64,000 nt of DNA from a virus: positions 32,001 through 96,000 of IMG/VR virus record IMGVR_UViG_3300009158_000001; one strand, written 5' to 3'. Numbering within the stretch: position 1 is the first letter of the stretch; each line of letters begins with the position of its first letter. The notes below the pieces were generated by a model. That model was given only the letters and a program-made list of their open reading frames with translations, was not told where the DNA came from and did no database searches. Below, in pieces: positions 1-12,000 of the stretch. The position numbers and the translations under genes were made by a program.

Positions 1-1546
1 AGGAGTTTGCTGGAATCTTAATCTTAAACCATCCAGTCTTATTAAAATAAATTACATTACTTGTAATGTCAAAGTTAAAAACATCAGAAAGATCAGAAGT
101 AGGAACAAATCCCTCAACCGCAACTCCGCTATTGCCAAAGTCTATTTTCTTTTCTTCACTCTTATCAACGTATACCCAAGTGTAATAGTATTTACCAATC
201 TTCTCTACAAGATCTGGACTATTACTTCTTTCGCTTGAGTAATTGATAAAGATATTAGCAGACTGTAATCCATTCTGACTTGCATCTATTAGATAGTTAA
301 CAACTTTATATTGATTATCAAAGCTATACAAAGTAGACACGTCTTTAATATCTACCAAAGAAACCGTATTTACTGTATCAACTAGCGGGTTTATATTCTG
401 TATGTTATTGACGATTTGCGTATTAAATAGCTTTAAACCGTATGGTGCACTTCCAGGCATTTTATTTATTGGATTAATAGGGTATAAACTAAAATCTTTA
501 TCATCTCCAATAGCTAACTGGTAATCGATACCATTTACATTTGGTTCTACAAAGTCACATACTTCAAGAGCAAGCTGATTTACATTTTGTAAAGCATAAA
601 ACTTACTAAAATATAAACCACTTTTTTCAAAGTCTTTCTGCTTTTTATTTACTATAAGCTTTTTAATATTAAAAATATATCTGTATGCTGTATTGCCGTC
701 TACAATTTCATCATATGCATTTTTTGTCAAAAGAACTTGGATAGCTTTAACTTTCCTGTTAATGTAAATAACATTTGAGTTAATAGCATCAGCATTCTCT
801 AAAATAATGTACGATGTATCCATATCGTCAGTAACAACAGCACTAATTTTACTTTTTACACTAGAATCTGTAATGCCAATATACATTTCTCCGACTTCAG
901 TTGGAGAATTGAAAATAATATTGAATGTCAAGCCAACGGAATGTGGAGTCAAAGTAGAAACTACACCAGTCCATCCATTCGTTGTTGTGTCATCGGCTAA
1001 TAAAGCAATAGAACTTCCTGGAACAGTAGCAACTCTTTCTGTTCCTGTCTCTGGTGTCCTAGAAACTTCTACACTGTAACTGCTAGTAGGAATTCTACGA
1101 TAACTTTCAAGAACTTCATTGTTTGTGAAAAGCTTTGTATTTGCGTTTGCAAGCCTAACACAGTGATTCACTATGTCTATTTCTACATTTTCTGGAGCAA
1201 GAAGAGGTTCAGTCTCTTGGCCATGAAAGTCGTAATAGATACTCTTATAAAATCCATCAGTATCTGATCTAAGAAATAACCTATCATTAATAATTGTTTC
1301 GCAGTTTGTAAGATTATTGTTTATTTCTTTTTCTTGTATATTCCACTCTACAATATCCATCTCTAACTTTTTAAGTTTTTCATATAAGTCTTTTTGAACT
1401 TCTAGGATTCTTAGTCTTAATTCATTTAATTTACCAGCAGTGAGTCCTTGTTCGCTATAGAAGTTAGGTGAAAGTGCAATCGTGCCCTCAGGCATTCCAT
1501 CTACTATGCTCCCATTAAACAATTTATTTTCATAGTTAATATTCAT
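1..1546 (-). CDS. Partial distal tail/baseplate-region structural protein (at least 515 aa, runs off the window start)
   Basis: Translated by hand from the ATG at 1546 (MNINYENKLFNGSIVDG...). The frame stays open to position 2 and starts 1 nt after the stop of the 849-aa ORF. It is absent from the ORF track because it has no stop codon in the window. Confidence 0.8.
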   Translation of the reverse strand, partial: MNINYENKLFNGSIVDGMPEGTIALSPNFYSEQGLTAGKLNELRLRILEVQKDLYEKLKKLEMDIVEWNIQEKEINNNLTNCETIINDRLFLRSDTDGFYKSIYYDFHGQETEPLLAPENVEIDIVNHCVRLANANTKLFTNNEVLESYRRIPTSSYSVEVSRTPETGTERVATVPGSSIALLADDTTTNGWTGVVSTLTPHSVGLTFNIIFNSPTEVGEMYIGITDSSVKSKISAVVTDDMDTSYIILENADAINSNVIYINRKVKAIQVLLTKNAYDEIVDGNTAYRYIFNIKKLIVNKKQKDFEKSGLYFSKFYALQNVNQLALEVCDFVEPNVNGIDYQLAIGDDKDFSLYPINPINKMPGSAPYGLKLFNTQIVNNIQNINPLVDTVNTVSLVDIKDVSTLYSFDNQYKVVNYLIDASQNGLQSANIFINYSSERSNSPDLVEKIGKYYYTWVYVDKSEEKKIDFGNSGVAVEGFVPTSDLSDVFNFDITSNVIYFNKTGWFKIKIPANS

Positions 1547-1547
1547 T

Positions 1548-4097
1548 TTATCCTATTACTCCCAAAGCAACAGATTCAATAACTGGACTATAGTAGGGCA
1601 ATAAAGACCCTATATCTTTTATATTAGAAGGAAATACAAAGTATTCATTTGTATTTAAAAATTCTTTTTTTGGAATTTCTTTCTCCAATGTAAAGTCTAT
1701 TACTTTTATGCAACTATAATCAAACGAAATAGGTGTTTGTCCAACTGTTGCAGTTTCACCAGTCTCAAACCAATTCAAACTATTGAATAGCTTTACATAT
1801 ATACGGTTAGTAGAGTAGTCAACAGAGAATACATTTAGACTTTCAGATGTTGTAGCTTTTACTCCAACCGTAAGGCTATGATTTTGGCTTAACTTTAGAT
1901 ATAAATTACTCTCATCAAAATAATAATCACCTTCATTGATAAGAACATTATCCGTAACTCGACGATCAAAAGCAAAGTCTTCTATACTCAAAGACTTTGC
2001 AAAAAAATCAGCAAGATTTAAGCTAGTATTTCTTGCTTGATAAGTTACAATTCCATCTACTTTGCTTTTATAATCAAAGTATTCTGTACTATCTGATAAA
2101 GTTGATAGCTCTTGTTGTCCATTAATATATGAAACTTCTTTTTTATTACTAATACGAACACTTCCATAGTGCAATGATATTGACTTTGGCAATTGTATTG
2201 TTCTTAAATCTATACTCATTTTGGGAAAATCTAATACCTTATCCATCAAACTAAATATTCGGAAGTTTGAGTTGAATAATCCCTCAAGAGCACCTACATA
2301 GTTAAAAGTCAAAATATTATCTGGACAATTAATGGTTTTATTCTCTGTATCTGTTTTACCTGAAACTTGTTCCGTCTCCAGGTAGTACACATCCAAAGAT
2401 CCTATTGCAGATAGACTTTGATTTAGGTAAATAATACCTTCTACTCTATCCAGAGAGTACTCATACGCTTCATAAGTTTCTTTCCTGTCAACAAGTCTCC
2501 AAGATACCTCTGATCCATCTAGCCATTTAAATATTATTTTTTGAATATACTTTTTACCTAAAATAATTTGGTCACCAGAATAAGTTGGAGACATTGACGC
2601 TATATTCAATTCTTTAGCATATTCTAGGCCTATGCTTGAGCCTAGACCATTATGCGGTATAGAGATCTGCTGCCCATATACGTAAGTAGGTATTGTGCTT
2701 AAATACAGGTCAACAGGAGTCCCAACACTTAAACTACTAAAGTAGAATGTATATCCTTCTCCTGTATACTCAGAAAAGTAATATCCATTAGCTAAGTCTC
2801 TACCCGGACTTCTAGTTTGCTTTTCGCCATTCACAGTTACTTTGAAATAGTCTTCAAGATTTGCAAACGGCAGGCTTAAAAATACTCGGTTAGAGTTTTC
2901 AACAATGTGAATAATTGTCTGTTTGTTTTCGCTTAGTAACTCTTCCACTACTTTATACTCAGCATTTTTAAATAGATATTCAGTAGGTAATCTTTTTGAT
3001 TTCTCAAATTTAGTCTTCTCTAAGTAATCAAGAGCTAATTTTAGATTTGAAATGCTACATTCAATATAAAATTCTGGATCTTTAATTGGTCCAGACAGCT
3101 TTGTATCTTTTCCTTCTAGCTTTTCAGTATTTGCTAGGATCTTAAAATCAAGAAAAGACTTTTGGCGGTTATCCAACAGAGTGTAGTCTTTGAAGAAAAG
3201 ATATTTATTGCTGAATATAGGCATACGAATAGTCTTAGCCTTTAGTTCATTCTTGTATTTTACTTTCAAAAAGCTAATCTTTTTAATATCGAATTGATTT
3301 ACTTGCTTTGGCGAAACTTTTATTTCTATATATAAAGAATCAGTTAACGCTGGTTTAGCAAGTTGTACCCAATAATCTTTAACTGACCCGTTATAAAGAA
3401 TATCTTGGTTCTGTGTATTTCTTACAAAAAGATTCACGTCTTGCCCAGCATTCTTTATATACTCAAATTCCATCTCATTTATAATTTCATTCTTGCTAAA
3501 AATAACATTTAAGCAAAGTTTTAAAGTAGCGTCATCATCTCTGAAAAAAGAAAATAAATCATTTTGATTATTGTTCCAGAGAGCTTCAATCTTTGAATTT
3601 TGAAAAGGATTACTTTCAGCGCCAATTTTTATATTAGAGTCAGATAGAATTGTTACTTTAGTCGGAATAAAACTAGTTGTCTCCAAGGCTGGAAACCAAA
3701 TTCCACTCTCATCCATCCCATATTTACTATCAGGAATAAACATATTTTTATCATTCAGAGAAAGAACAGAAATGTTGTCTTCATTAAGAAATGAGTTTAA
3801 TACTTTTTTTCTAAGAGCTAAAACGTCATAGCGATCTCTTAGAGCCTGCATTTGCGTTTCTTTTGTGTTGTAAAACTGATTAATTAAAAGTGAGACATCA
3901 TTCATATATAAAATAGAATCATTTATTTCTCTCATCATTTCACCAAATGGCGTAGAGAAATCACTAGTAATTGAACTGTATCTTTTGATAGAAGGACTTT
4001 TTAGGCTACTATCTAAAGTGTCTACGACTATATCTTGCACATCAGAAGATAGTTTTGATTCGATGTCCAGGATTTTATTTTGAATTTCTTTTAACAT
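1548..4097 (-). CDS. Hypothetical virion structural protein (distal baseplate region), 849 aa
   Basis: Long ORF, coupled by a TAATG overlap to the upstream gene. N-terminal coiled-coil-like segment followed by beta-rich sequence. Confidence 0.6.
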   Translation of the reverse strand: MLKEIQNKILDIESKLSSDVQDIVVDTLDSSLKSPSIKRYSSITSDFSTPFGEMMREINDSILYMNDVSLLINQFYNTKETQMQALRDRYDVLALRKKVLNSFLNEDNISVLSLNDKNMFIPDSKYGMDESGIWFPALETTSFIPTKVTILSDSNIKIGAESNPFQNSKIEALWNNNQNDLFSFFRDDDATLKLCLNVIFSKNEIINEMEFEYIKNAGQDVNLFVRNTQNQDILYNGSVKDYWVQLAKPALTDSLYIEIKVSPKQVNQFDIKKISFLKVKYKNELKAKTIRMPIFSNKYLFFKDYTLLDNRQKSFLDFKILANTEKLEGKDTKLSGPIKDPEFYIECSISNLKLALDYLEKTKFEKSKRLPTEYLFKNAEYKVVEELLSENKQTIIHIVENSNRVFLSLPFANLEDYFKVTVNGEKQTRSPGRDLANGYYFSEYTGEGYTFYFSSLSVGTPVDLYLSTIPTYVYGQQISIPHNGLGSSIGLEYAKELNIASMSPTYSGDQIILGKKYIQKIIFKWLDGSEVSWRLVDRKETYEAYEYSLDRVEGIIYLNQSLSAIGSLDVYYLETEQVSGKTDTENKTINCPDNILTFNYVGALEGLFNSNFRIFSLMDKVLDFPKMSIDLRTIQLPKSISLHYGSVRISNKKEVSYINGQQELSTLSDSTEYFDYKSKVDGIVTYQARNTSLNLADFFAKSLSIEDFAFDRRVTDNVLINEGDYYFDESNLYLKLSQNHSLTVGVKATTSESLNVFSVDYSTNRIYVKLFNSLNWFETGETATVGQTPISFDYSCIKVIDFTLEKEIPKKEFLNTNEYFVFPSNIKDIGSLLPYYSPVIESVALGVIG

Positions 4098-5494
4098 TAA
4101 TTAACACCGAGTCTTGCGATAGGTAAAAAGGAAGCATAGACACTCATACTTCCTATAAAATTTACTTTTCCTTTGAGTTGAAAATCACTAGTAGGAGTTT
4201 TTAATGAGACCCCAGTTCCATTGAACATTATTTCGCCATCCTCGGAGACAGGCCATGCACAATTGATATTCTTTTTTAAAGTATATGTCATGTAAGCATT
4301 GCTTTGTAATGTATCTAGTTTAACATAAAGATACTTTGGAGTTGTACTATACTCTGTAGAATAATAGAAATTACTCTCATTTGCAGATGATTCAATCTCT
4401 TCAATCCTAAACCAATTATTTTTATTAGTGCTTATTTTAAAATCTTTAATATTGAAGTTAGAGTTTCCTAAAGCAGAACTTAAAGAGATTGAATTAAGTG
4501 CTATGCTGCCTTCAATTTCAACTGGGTAAGGGCATTTAAAAATGCTATAAGTCTGCTGTCTTTCAACAAGCTCTAACTTAGATAAAGCTAAATATCTAGA
4601 TGTCTCTGAGATAAAAGAAGGAATTTGAATGCTGTAACTTTTATTATTTATCTTAGTAGACCCTTCAAAGAAAGAAGGATTAGGAGAATCTAAAGTTAAC
4701 GAATTTACATTAAATGTACTATTATAAAAAGCTTCTTTACTTGAGGTAATAGAGATATCTTTTTTATAAATTTTAAACTCAGCATTTAAATAGTAAGATT
4801 TTCCAATCTTATTATTTTTGATAACTATTTTAAATTCATTACTTTCTTCAAAGTATATTGAGTCTTGCTCGAAGTCTATGCTAAAGAAACATTTATCAGA
4901 AGGAGAAATGTTTTCTCTTAAAGAATCTGATGAAAAAATATCAACCCAAGTTCCTATAGGACTTCTCACTTTTATATATACAACATCATTTATCTTTTTG
5001 TTTATAACTAGCAGAGATCCTTTTTGGCTATTTGGAACTTTAAAATAAATCTCTGAGAAATAAGATTTTTTTTGAAATGATGAGTAAACTTTATTGTTCT
5101 CTAAGCGTGCATTTGTTGGCATCTCAATAAAAGAAAGATTCTTATTTAAACCCTTCACCTCAAAACCATCTATCTCAAGTGATGGACTCTCTTTTGAGAA
5201 AAAAGAAATAGAATCCATAGTTGGTAATGCATTGCTGTTATATATAGCTAATTTTGAGTAGTATTCTGTGAGGAATAAATCTTCTACCAAAGCTTTTACT
5301 TCTATTGATTCTTTTTCTTGCCTATCAAGTAAGACATTATGTTTAGTTTGTAGAGTTTGAGATTCTTTTTCAAAACTTTCGACAACACTTTGAACTTGAA
5401 AAAGCCTTGAAATAAGATCAAAACTGCCATTGCCTGCTGTTCCTAAGGACATAGAAGGCATTGGTAAATTCTTATTTACAAATGTTGTTTTCAT
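4097..5494 (-). CDS. Hypothetical virion structural protein, 465 aa
   Basis: ORF with an AAGGA RBS in the co-oriented structural operon. Layout is similar to its neighbours (helical N-terminus, beta-rich rest). Confidence 0.6.
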   Translation of the reverse strand: MKTTFVNKNLPMPSMSLGTAGNGSFDLISRLFQVQSVVESFEKESQTLQTKHNVLLDRQEKESIEVKALVEDLFLTEYYSKLAIYNSNALPTMDSISFFSKESPSLEIDGFEVKGLNKNLSFIEMPTNARLENNKVYSSFQKKSYFSEIYFKVPNSQKGSLLVINKKINDVVYIKVRSPIGTWVDIFSSDSLRENISPSDKCFFSIDFEQDSIYFEESNEFKIVIKNNKIGKSYYLNAEFKIYKKDISITSSKEAFYNSTFNVNSLTLDSPNPSFFEGSTKINNKSYSIQIPSFISETSRYLALSKLELVERQQTYSIFKCPYPVEIEGSIALNSISLSSALGNSNFNIKDFKISTNKNNWFRIEEIESSANESNFYYSTEYSTTPKYLYVKLDTLQSNAYMTYTLKKNINCAWPVSEDGEIMFNGTGVSLKTPTSDFQLKGKVNFIGSMSVYASFLPIARLGVN

Positions 5495-5501
5495 TTTTTC
5501 C

Positions 5502-5882
5502 TTAAAGGGCAGAGTCTAACTCTGGATCTATTGTAAAACTTATTTTATTTCTTTTTGTATCAACAAGAATCTTCTTATTTATTTTACTAAATAATAGTCC
5601 TTTGCTTCTGATAACTGGAAAAATATAAGTGATTTGATTTTCAGTATATATACCCAAAAATTGGGCATCTAATGAAAAACTTTCAATTGTTATTTTATAA
5701 ACTTCTTTTGAGCCAGCTGGCGTAATTAGTTTTCTTTTTTTTAATGAATAGATTCCATGAATTCCAATTTCATATTGTTGTTCATTTATATATAAATCTA
5801 ATCCAGTTAACTCTTGTTTAACTAGAAGATTACTTTTTAAATCTAAGAAATAATAATTTGTTTTATCTTTCCATTCCACCAT
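5502..5882 (-). CDS. Hypothetical protein, 126 aa
   Basis: ORF coupled by a TAATG overlap to the upstream gene. Confidence 0.6.
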   Translation of the reverse strand: MVEWKDKTNYYFLDLKSNLLVKQELTGLDLYINEQQYEIGIHGIYSLKKRKLITPAGSKEVYKITIESFSLDAQFLGIYTENQITYIFPVIRSKGLLFSKINKKILVDTKRNKISFTIDPELDSAL

Positions 5883-6508
5883 TAGTTTGCCTCATATAAT
5901 GCTGACTCTCCATTTGCATGAGCAACTAGTTGAAAATCTACATCCAAGCTTGTACCAGGAGGAGTACGTAAGAATATTTTTACTTTAAGTAGCCCTCTTT
6001 GTTCTGCGTATTCATTAGGCTCCCACTGGGTTGAGTACAATCGAAATGTATTAGTTAAATCATAGCCAGGAGAACCAATTATATTACCTTGTCCATTAAA
6101 GATTAACGCCCGGTCAAGTGGAATCTTATTCAAAATATTTGAGCCTTGCTCCCAGTTGACTTGGAATTTCAACATGTTTTGTGTACTAAGAGTTCCAAAA
6201 TCATCTATATATGAGTTGGTATTACCACCACCTTGATAGTGTCCGAACACAATAAATAGCCCATAAGGCTTACCGTCACCATCTGATTGATTTCCTAAAG
6301 ATAGAATCTTATTTAGATCATCTAACTTTTTAGATGAAGTATAAAATCCAAAACCCATAAGGTTAACTGCTGAACTACCATCCATAGTTCCATTATTTCT
6401 TACCCATAACTCTTTCTCTTGTGCAGCTGAATTTAAGACTGTCTTGTTTAAAACAACTAAGTCAGCTGTTGCAGCCGTAGGATTTGAGCCAAACCATGTT
6501 AAGTTCAT
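5882..6508 (-). CDS. Hypothetical structural protein, 208 aa
   Basis: ORF with an AGGTG RBS, in operon context. Confidence 0.6.
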   Translation of the reverse strand: MNLTWFGSNPTAATADLVVLNKTVLNSAAQEKELWVRNNGTMDGSSAVNLMGFGFYTSSKKLDDLNKILSLGNQSDGDGKPYGLFIVFGHYQGGGNTNSYIDDFGTLSTQNMLKFQVNWEQGSNILNKIPLDRALIFNGQGNIIGSPGYDLTNTFRLYSTQWEPNEYAEQRGLLKVKIFLRTPPGTSLDVDFQLVAHANGESALYEAN

Positions 6509-6516
6509 ATTGTCAC

Positions 6517-9024
6517 CTAATCTTGTGAATTATAAAAAGCAATCATTGGAGAATTTGCAGATTGTAAATTACTACTTGAGTTTCTCCATCTACAATACAT
6601 ATAATTTTTATTTGGAACATCAGCTTCATAGACAAAATTATCTAATTGAAATTTTACAATATCATTTATAATTTCACCATCTTCTATATTAAAAGATACT
6701 AAAAGATTACGACTTTCATCTGTGCGCATTGAACCTTTCCATGAATTTTTAGATGGATCAGGAAAAGAATCGTCAACAAGTGAACTAAATACATCTAGTC
6801 TATCAAATAGAGAACTTTTATATTTAACATCAATAGTTAACTTGCTTTTAAGTACCATCAATTTTTTAACATCTGGACAATCCATATATTTTACATTTGG
6901 ATAGGAACCCATATTCTTATTCTTTATTATCTCTTCTTCTAGGTTTACATAGCTGTCAGCGTAGTCTTCTTGCTTTTGTATGGCGTTAATGCCAACTACG
7001 CTAGCAATAGACTCAATTGCTCCTTCTGCGTCTACTGTTGCTATTGTTATGAGTAAATCATTAATGCCATCAATACCACCAAGCTCAGATCCCAAGATAA
7101 GCAAGTCTTCTCCTATAGTGTATCCTTGCCCTGGATATATAACTACAACATCATTTATTGAATATGATCTTTTAAATTGACTAGTTGTAACTTTAATTTT
7201 TACAAGACAACCTGTCCCAGTTGTTTCTGCGTAGGTACTTGTAGGACTTATATTTAAGTATTCAATATATCCTTTTTCTGTTCTTTTTGCATTTAGATTA
7301 ACATCAAACAAAGGCAACTCTGTTCTATCCACATAGATTGCAAGATGATTCCTTGAACAAATGTCTACTTCATTACTAGGATTAAGGATACGGCTAAATA
7401 GAAAATCTTTTCCTCTCTTGATCAAATCCAAATCATTTTTAAGTCCAGCATATACACGTAAATCTTTATGTTTCACTCCATTAATATATTTTTCTTTTTT
7501 AAATGAAACAGAGCAAAACAAAACAAAATTAGCAGAGTAGTCTGCATTTACTGTATTCTTAAAAGGATTTACTACGCAGTACTCGTCAACAAAATCTAAT
7601 AGACTTAGTCCTGTTAGAGTTGTTTGTAGAATAGAAGAGTAAAAAATTATGTCTTTATATGTTTTAATTATAGGATCATAAACTTTTTTTGTTTTTAACC
7701 AATGTATTTTTGTTTTTTCAGCTCCAGTTCCAGGAGCAAGGAAGAAATACATATCTCCTTCAAGTAACCATCTTTCATTGACAGGATTTACATTATAGAA
7801 TTCTCTACTATTGTTTTCATCATCAACAATGTACTCAGCATATATAACATCGTTTTTCTGTAAAGGAATTCCATTACTATAAGTTACAACGCCAAGTGAA
7901 TAGTCAAGGCCTCCAGTAAAACTTTCATAAAGAACAATGTTTCTATCTAAGTAAGAACCTGACAAAAGCTTACCTAGTAATTCATCTTTGGTTGTTTGCC
8001 CAAAAACTGGTACTCCATTCCTCCAGACTGTAAAGGTAAATTGTAAGTTTTTGCTTGGATCAAGAAGAATATTCTTATCAGGAACAGCAAAACAAAACTC
8101 ATTAATATATTTGCCTTCTTTCTTTTGTGTCAAGAAGGGACTATAAGGAAAGTACATTTGATCTGAATAAGTAGCAATGCCGTTTAAAGAAACTTTCCAA
8201 GTTGTTTCATCGTCCCGTGTAATAGTAAATCCTTTGCCATCAAGAAGAAGTGGCCATGGTTTTCTAATTTCTAAACCTTCAGAAATAAAAGGTTTGACTT
8301 TTGTTTTGGCATGCTCTTTATAGTAAATAGTTTGACCAGCTACATATGGGAAATCAAATCTCCACAGATTGCCTTCTTTGCTTTTTCTGTAGAAAGGCTT
8401 TTTAACTCCATAAGATTCTTCTTCAGACAAGTAGTCATAGATAGTCTCTTCCTTAAAGAGTGGTTCCTCTTTGAATACCTGACTAACTAGCACAGAACTT
8501 TCAGCAGTCCCTTGTAAATAAGTTACAAAAGATGCTCGATACACTCCATTCTTGATATCTAATTCATTCTTGACGTTACTAGCAATAAAACTATAGTCTT
8601 TGTCATAGATAAAGAGATTAGAATCTGTTACTTTATTCCAAAGAAAAAACGAAGGTCTCGTATCTGGAACAACTGATGTAAGTCTATGTCCAAAAAACAT
8701 AGGTATAAAAAAAGAATTCTCATTCTTTACTATAGTTGTAAAAATTAAGTTTTCCTTTTCACTATAGATTGTCGAGTTATTACTAACATAGACCGTGTCA
8801 GAAACTGGCTCAATGTAGTTTTCAATGAAATTATTAATTTCAATAGCTTGTTCTGAGTATATCTTTTCTGTTTCTAAATAGGCAACCTGTATATCATCTG
8901 CTTGTACAGTTTGCCGCCACATAATAGCATTCCTTTCTGGCCGACTGCAGACAAAAACAGAATAACTATTTTCTATATTTTTATTTGATATAGATATTTT
9001 AAAAGGAATTGAAGACATAAGCAA
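6517..9024 (-). CDS. Baseplate/tail-associated structural protein, about 835 aa, with one GxGY..G..LGG..ND module
   Basis: Long ORF. The module VIYPGQGYTIGEDLLILGSELGGIDGINDLLITI lies at about 7010-7230. The true start may be the ATG at 9018. Confidence 0.65.
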   Translation of the reverse strand: MLMSSIPFKISISNKNIENSYSVFVCSRPERNAIMWRQTVQADDIQVAYLETEKIYSEQAIEINNFIENYIEPVSDTVYVSNNSTIYSEKENLIFTTIVKNENSFFIPMFFGHRLTSVVPDTRPSFFLWNKVTDSNLFIYDKDYSFIASNVKNELDIKNGVYRASFVTYLQGTAESSVLVSQVFKEEPLFKEETIYDYLSEEESYGVKKPFYRKSKEGNLWRFDFPYVAGQTIYYKEHAKTKVKPFISEGLEIRKPWPLLLDGKGFTITRDDETTWKVSLNGIATYSDQMYFPYSPFLTQKKEGKYINEFCFAVPDKNILLDPSKNLQFTFTVWRNGVPVFGQTTKDELLGKLLSGSYLDRNIVLYESFTGGLDYSLGVVTYSNGIPLQKNDVIYAEYIVDDENNSREFYNVNPVNERWLLEGDMYFFLAPGTGAEKTKIHWLKTKKVYDPIIKTYKDIIFYSSILQTTLTGLSLLDFVDEYCVVNPFKNTVNADYSANFVLFCSVSFKKEKYINGVKHKDLRVYAGLKNDLDLIKRGKDFLFSRILNPSNEVDICSRNHLAIYVDRTELPLFDVNLNAKRTEKGYIEYLNISPTSTYAETTGTGCLVKIKVTTSQFKRSYSINDVVVIYPGQGYTIGEDLLILGSELGGIDGINDLLITIATVDAEGAIESIASVVGINAIQKQEDYADSYVNLEEEIIKNKNMGSYPNVKYMDCPDVKKLMVLKSKLTIDVKYKSSLFDRLDVFSSLVDDSFPDPSKNSWKGSMRTDESRNLLVSFNIEDGEIINDIVKFQLDNFVYEADVPNKNYMYCRWRNSSSNLQSANSPMIAFYNSQD

Positions 9025-9031
9025 TTAGTCC

Positions 9032-12000
9032 TTAATAGGCAATTCCACTTGTGGAAATATTTGGAGCTGGATCTCTTTCAAGAGCTGTTATTGTTTTTAA
9101 TGTCAGCCTGCCTTTAAATTCAACCCAAACATATGTATGTATCCCCTCATCTATGCTTCCTCCGATAATGGAAGCTCGACCTTGACTTGTTCCTGGCTGG
9201 ATAACATGGCCTGTTAAGACTTCTCCTCCAGCACCAATGGAATCAATATAAAACCTAACGTTGTTAGTTGTATCTCTTCCTTGCAACAGGCTACCAGGAA
9301 TAAGAACGTAATCATTAACATCATACCCACTTCCTCCATTAACAATGTTAATGGAAATATTTCCAGATACAGGATCATCATTATAAGGACCACTTGGCCC
9401 AACTGGAAGAGTAATATCTAACTCTAAACCTTTGTTATCTGTGAAGCTTGTAATAAACTCTGCAGGTTCATTTCCATACTGATCTGTTAAAAATACCCTA
9501 TATGGAACAGGAGAATTTGGCCAATTATCCATTTTTTTGTCAAAATGCAAAAGCAAACAAAACATTTTATTTTGCATATATCCTGCATATTTTGACTTAA
9601 ATAAAGGAAATCTATTATAGTAACTATCGTGATTGTGTAACATCTCGCAAACACCAATTGCTGCATCATATCCAACTGCTCCACCAAGTGGCGAAGTGTG
9701 AAAAAGATATCCGCCTGCTGGGTAACTTTGGTCAACTCCAGTTGATGGAATACTTCCACTTGATTTCATTAAAACAGGAATTTTTTGATGAATGTCTTCG
9801 ATACCCATATCAAGACTGCCTTTTGCTTTGTAAGACTCAACCATAAATACATTACCTGCAAGAACCTGCCTGTAATCACGGTTAAAGGGACTATCACCTA
9901 AATTTTGTTCTGCCTCATCATAGGCTGGGCTCGGACTATCGGCGTCGCCAGTTGTTCGACCATTTGGCGCAATAAGCCTTTGGCCAATAAAATATTCTAA
10001 GTCTACTTTAAGCGATTGCAAACTAATTGGAAAAGTATCAAATAAATTTATATGATCCCCAGAACGCGCAAGAAGCATATCTTCTGAGCCACGAATCAAT
10101 TGATCAACAAATATACTAGGAGCCATTAGCCGAGAACCAAAGAAACCAGGACTAGTTGGATTAGAACCTGGCGCACACAGAATATAACCATCTCCATTCT
10201 GACCGCCCACCCAGTTTGGTACGTCTTGAGAATCATTCTGATACATTGGATAAACTTGTTCAGTTGACATTACAAATGTTTTATGTGCCAAATAATTTTC
10301 TATTCGCATAGGAAAGCTGGTCGCGTTCTCCTGTATAAGGTCTCCCATATAATGTCTAACTTTAAATGGAACAACATACTCAGCTGTATAGGGCTGATAA
10401 GGATCATTTCTAAATCCTGCAAAAGCTTCTACGAAAGAAGCTTGACGAATTGCTGAGCCATAGTCTTCTGCTCTATGCGAACCTAAAGAAATTCTTCTGC
10501 TATTCTGCCAAGGAGCAGGATCGCTACTAGATGCTAATCCTGATCCACTATCTCTTAGAATTTTGCCATCCATAGATCTAATTGAATCCCATGGCTTAAC
10601 AAGACCCCATCTATAAAAACCTTTTCCAAAGTTATATAGAAGATTAATATTTCCACCAGACGTATTTGTATATGAGTTTACATTTAAGCCAGCCTCAAAC
10701 TGAGGCTCTACATCTGTTACTTTACCCCAAAATCTAAATTCTCTGTGGATAAACTGATTATTATCAATTGCAGTTAAAATAGGAGATTCTGGTCCCCAAT
10801 TTTGACTTTCAGCTTTAAGACCTAATCCAACCTTAAAATCAGGATGAAGATTATCTAATTGCCCAGATAGACAAAAATTAATTCCATATGTTCCACGAAA
10901 AAACGGACGACCATATACCCACCCAAGAATATGCGAGTCTGATGCTTTGCCAATTTTGCCTTTAACTAACGTATTAGACCTATTACGATCTGGGGCTAAG
11001 CTAAATATATCTAGAATAGGACCTGGTCCATAGTCTAACTCATCATCATTGGCATCATATACTCCACCTGTACTTCCATTAAGTGCAGGATAGTTAATAG
11101 CATTTGAACTCCATAATGAAGCAAGGTGATGGCTTGTATAGTCCTTAGACCAAGGAGCAAGAAAAACATTATTATCTCTGTCAACAACTGGTCCAGGAGA
11201 AGAAAGAATACCAGCACCAGATGCAATAACATTTCCTTTTGTATCTGCTGAATCTAAGGTCTTTAAAGCAAAGGTTCCTTTGTCACTTATTGCTTCGGGA
11301 TAACTAACTTCCAAGGCAAATGTTCCAGGGATACCAGTCGATGTTTTTCCTCTCGTTGCTGGATTGACAGAAGACTCAGACTTTCCTTCTCCTCCGACAC
11401 TAAGCCAGATATTAGAACCTTTAATAGCTTTTACTGCAAAGCCATCTCTATACTGATAATCAGTTTTTGCTGGACTATTTGTATTTGTCCCAGCTTTTGA
11501 ATTTGCAGTAGTGACAATATTAAACTCACCAGCTCTCCAATAGGCACTTGCTTCTGTATTAAAATATGGATCAATAACTGCAAGACGACCATTAAAGATA
11601 TCTTCTCTATATCCAAAGTATAGATTACCCCATCCAATATTTAATCCACCAATATTGGATGTGTCAGAATTCCCTAGACGAATAGCACCTGTTTCATCTC
11701 CTGGTATAAACCCATGCTTTGACAAAGAAGAAAGATTATTTTGCTGATCAAATTTATTAGGAGCTATAAAAGGATAAGGTTCGTAATAAAGTTTTACTGC
11801 TCCATGAGTATTTGGATAACTTTTATTCTGGAATGGCGCAACTTTGTCTGAATTCAAAACAAGATGAAGGTCCAAACCTGTTACATCTCCCCCACTTTCT
11901 GCAACCACTCTTAAAGTAAGATCATTATCTGGGGTTATTCCTCCAACTAGACTACCTGGAATTTTAATAATATTGCCAACAGCATAACCAGATCCATTAT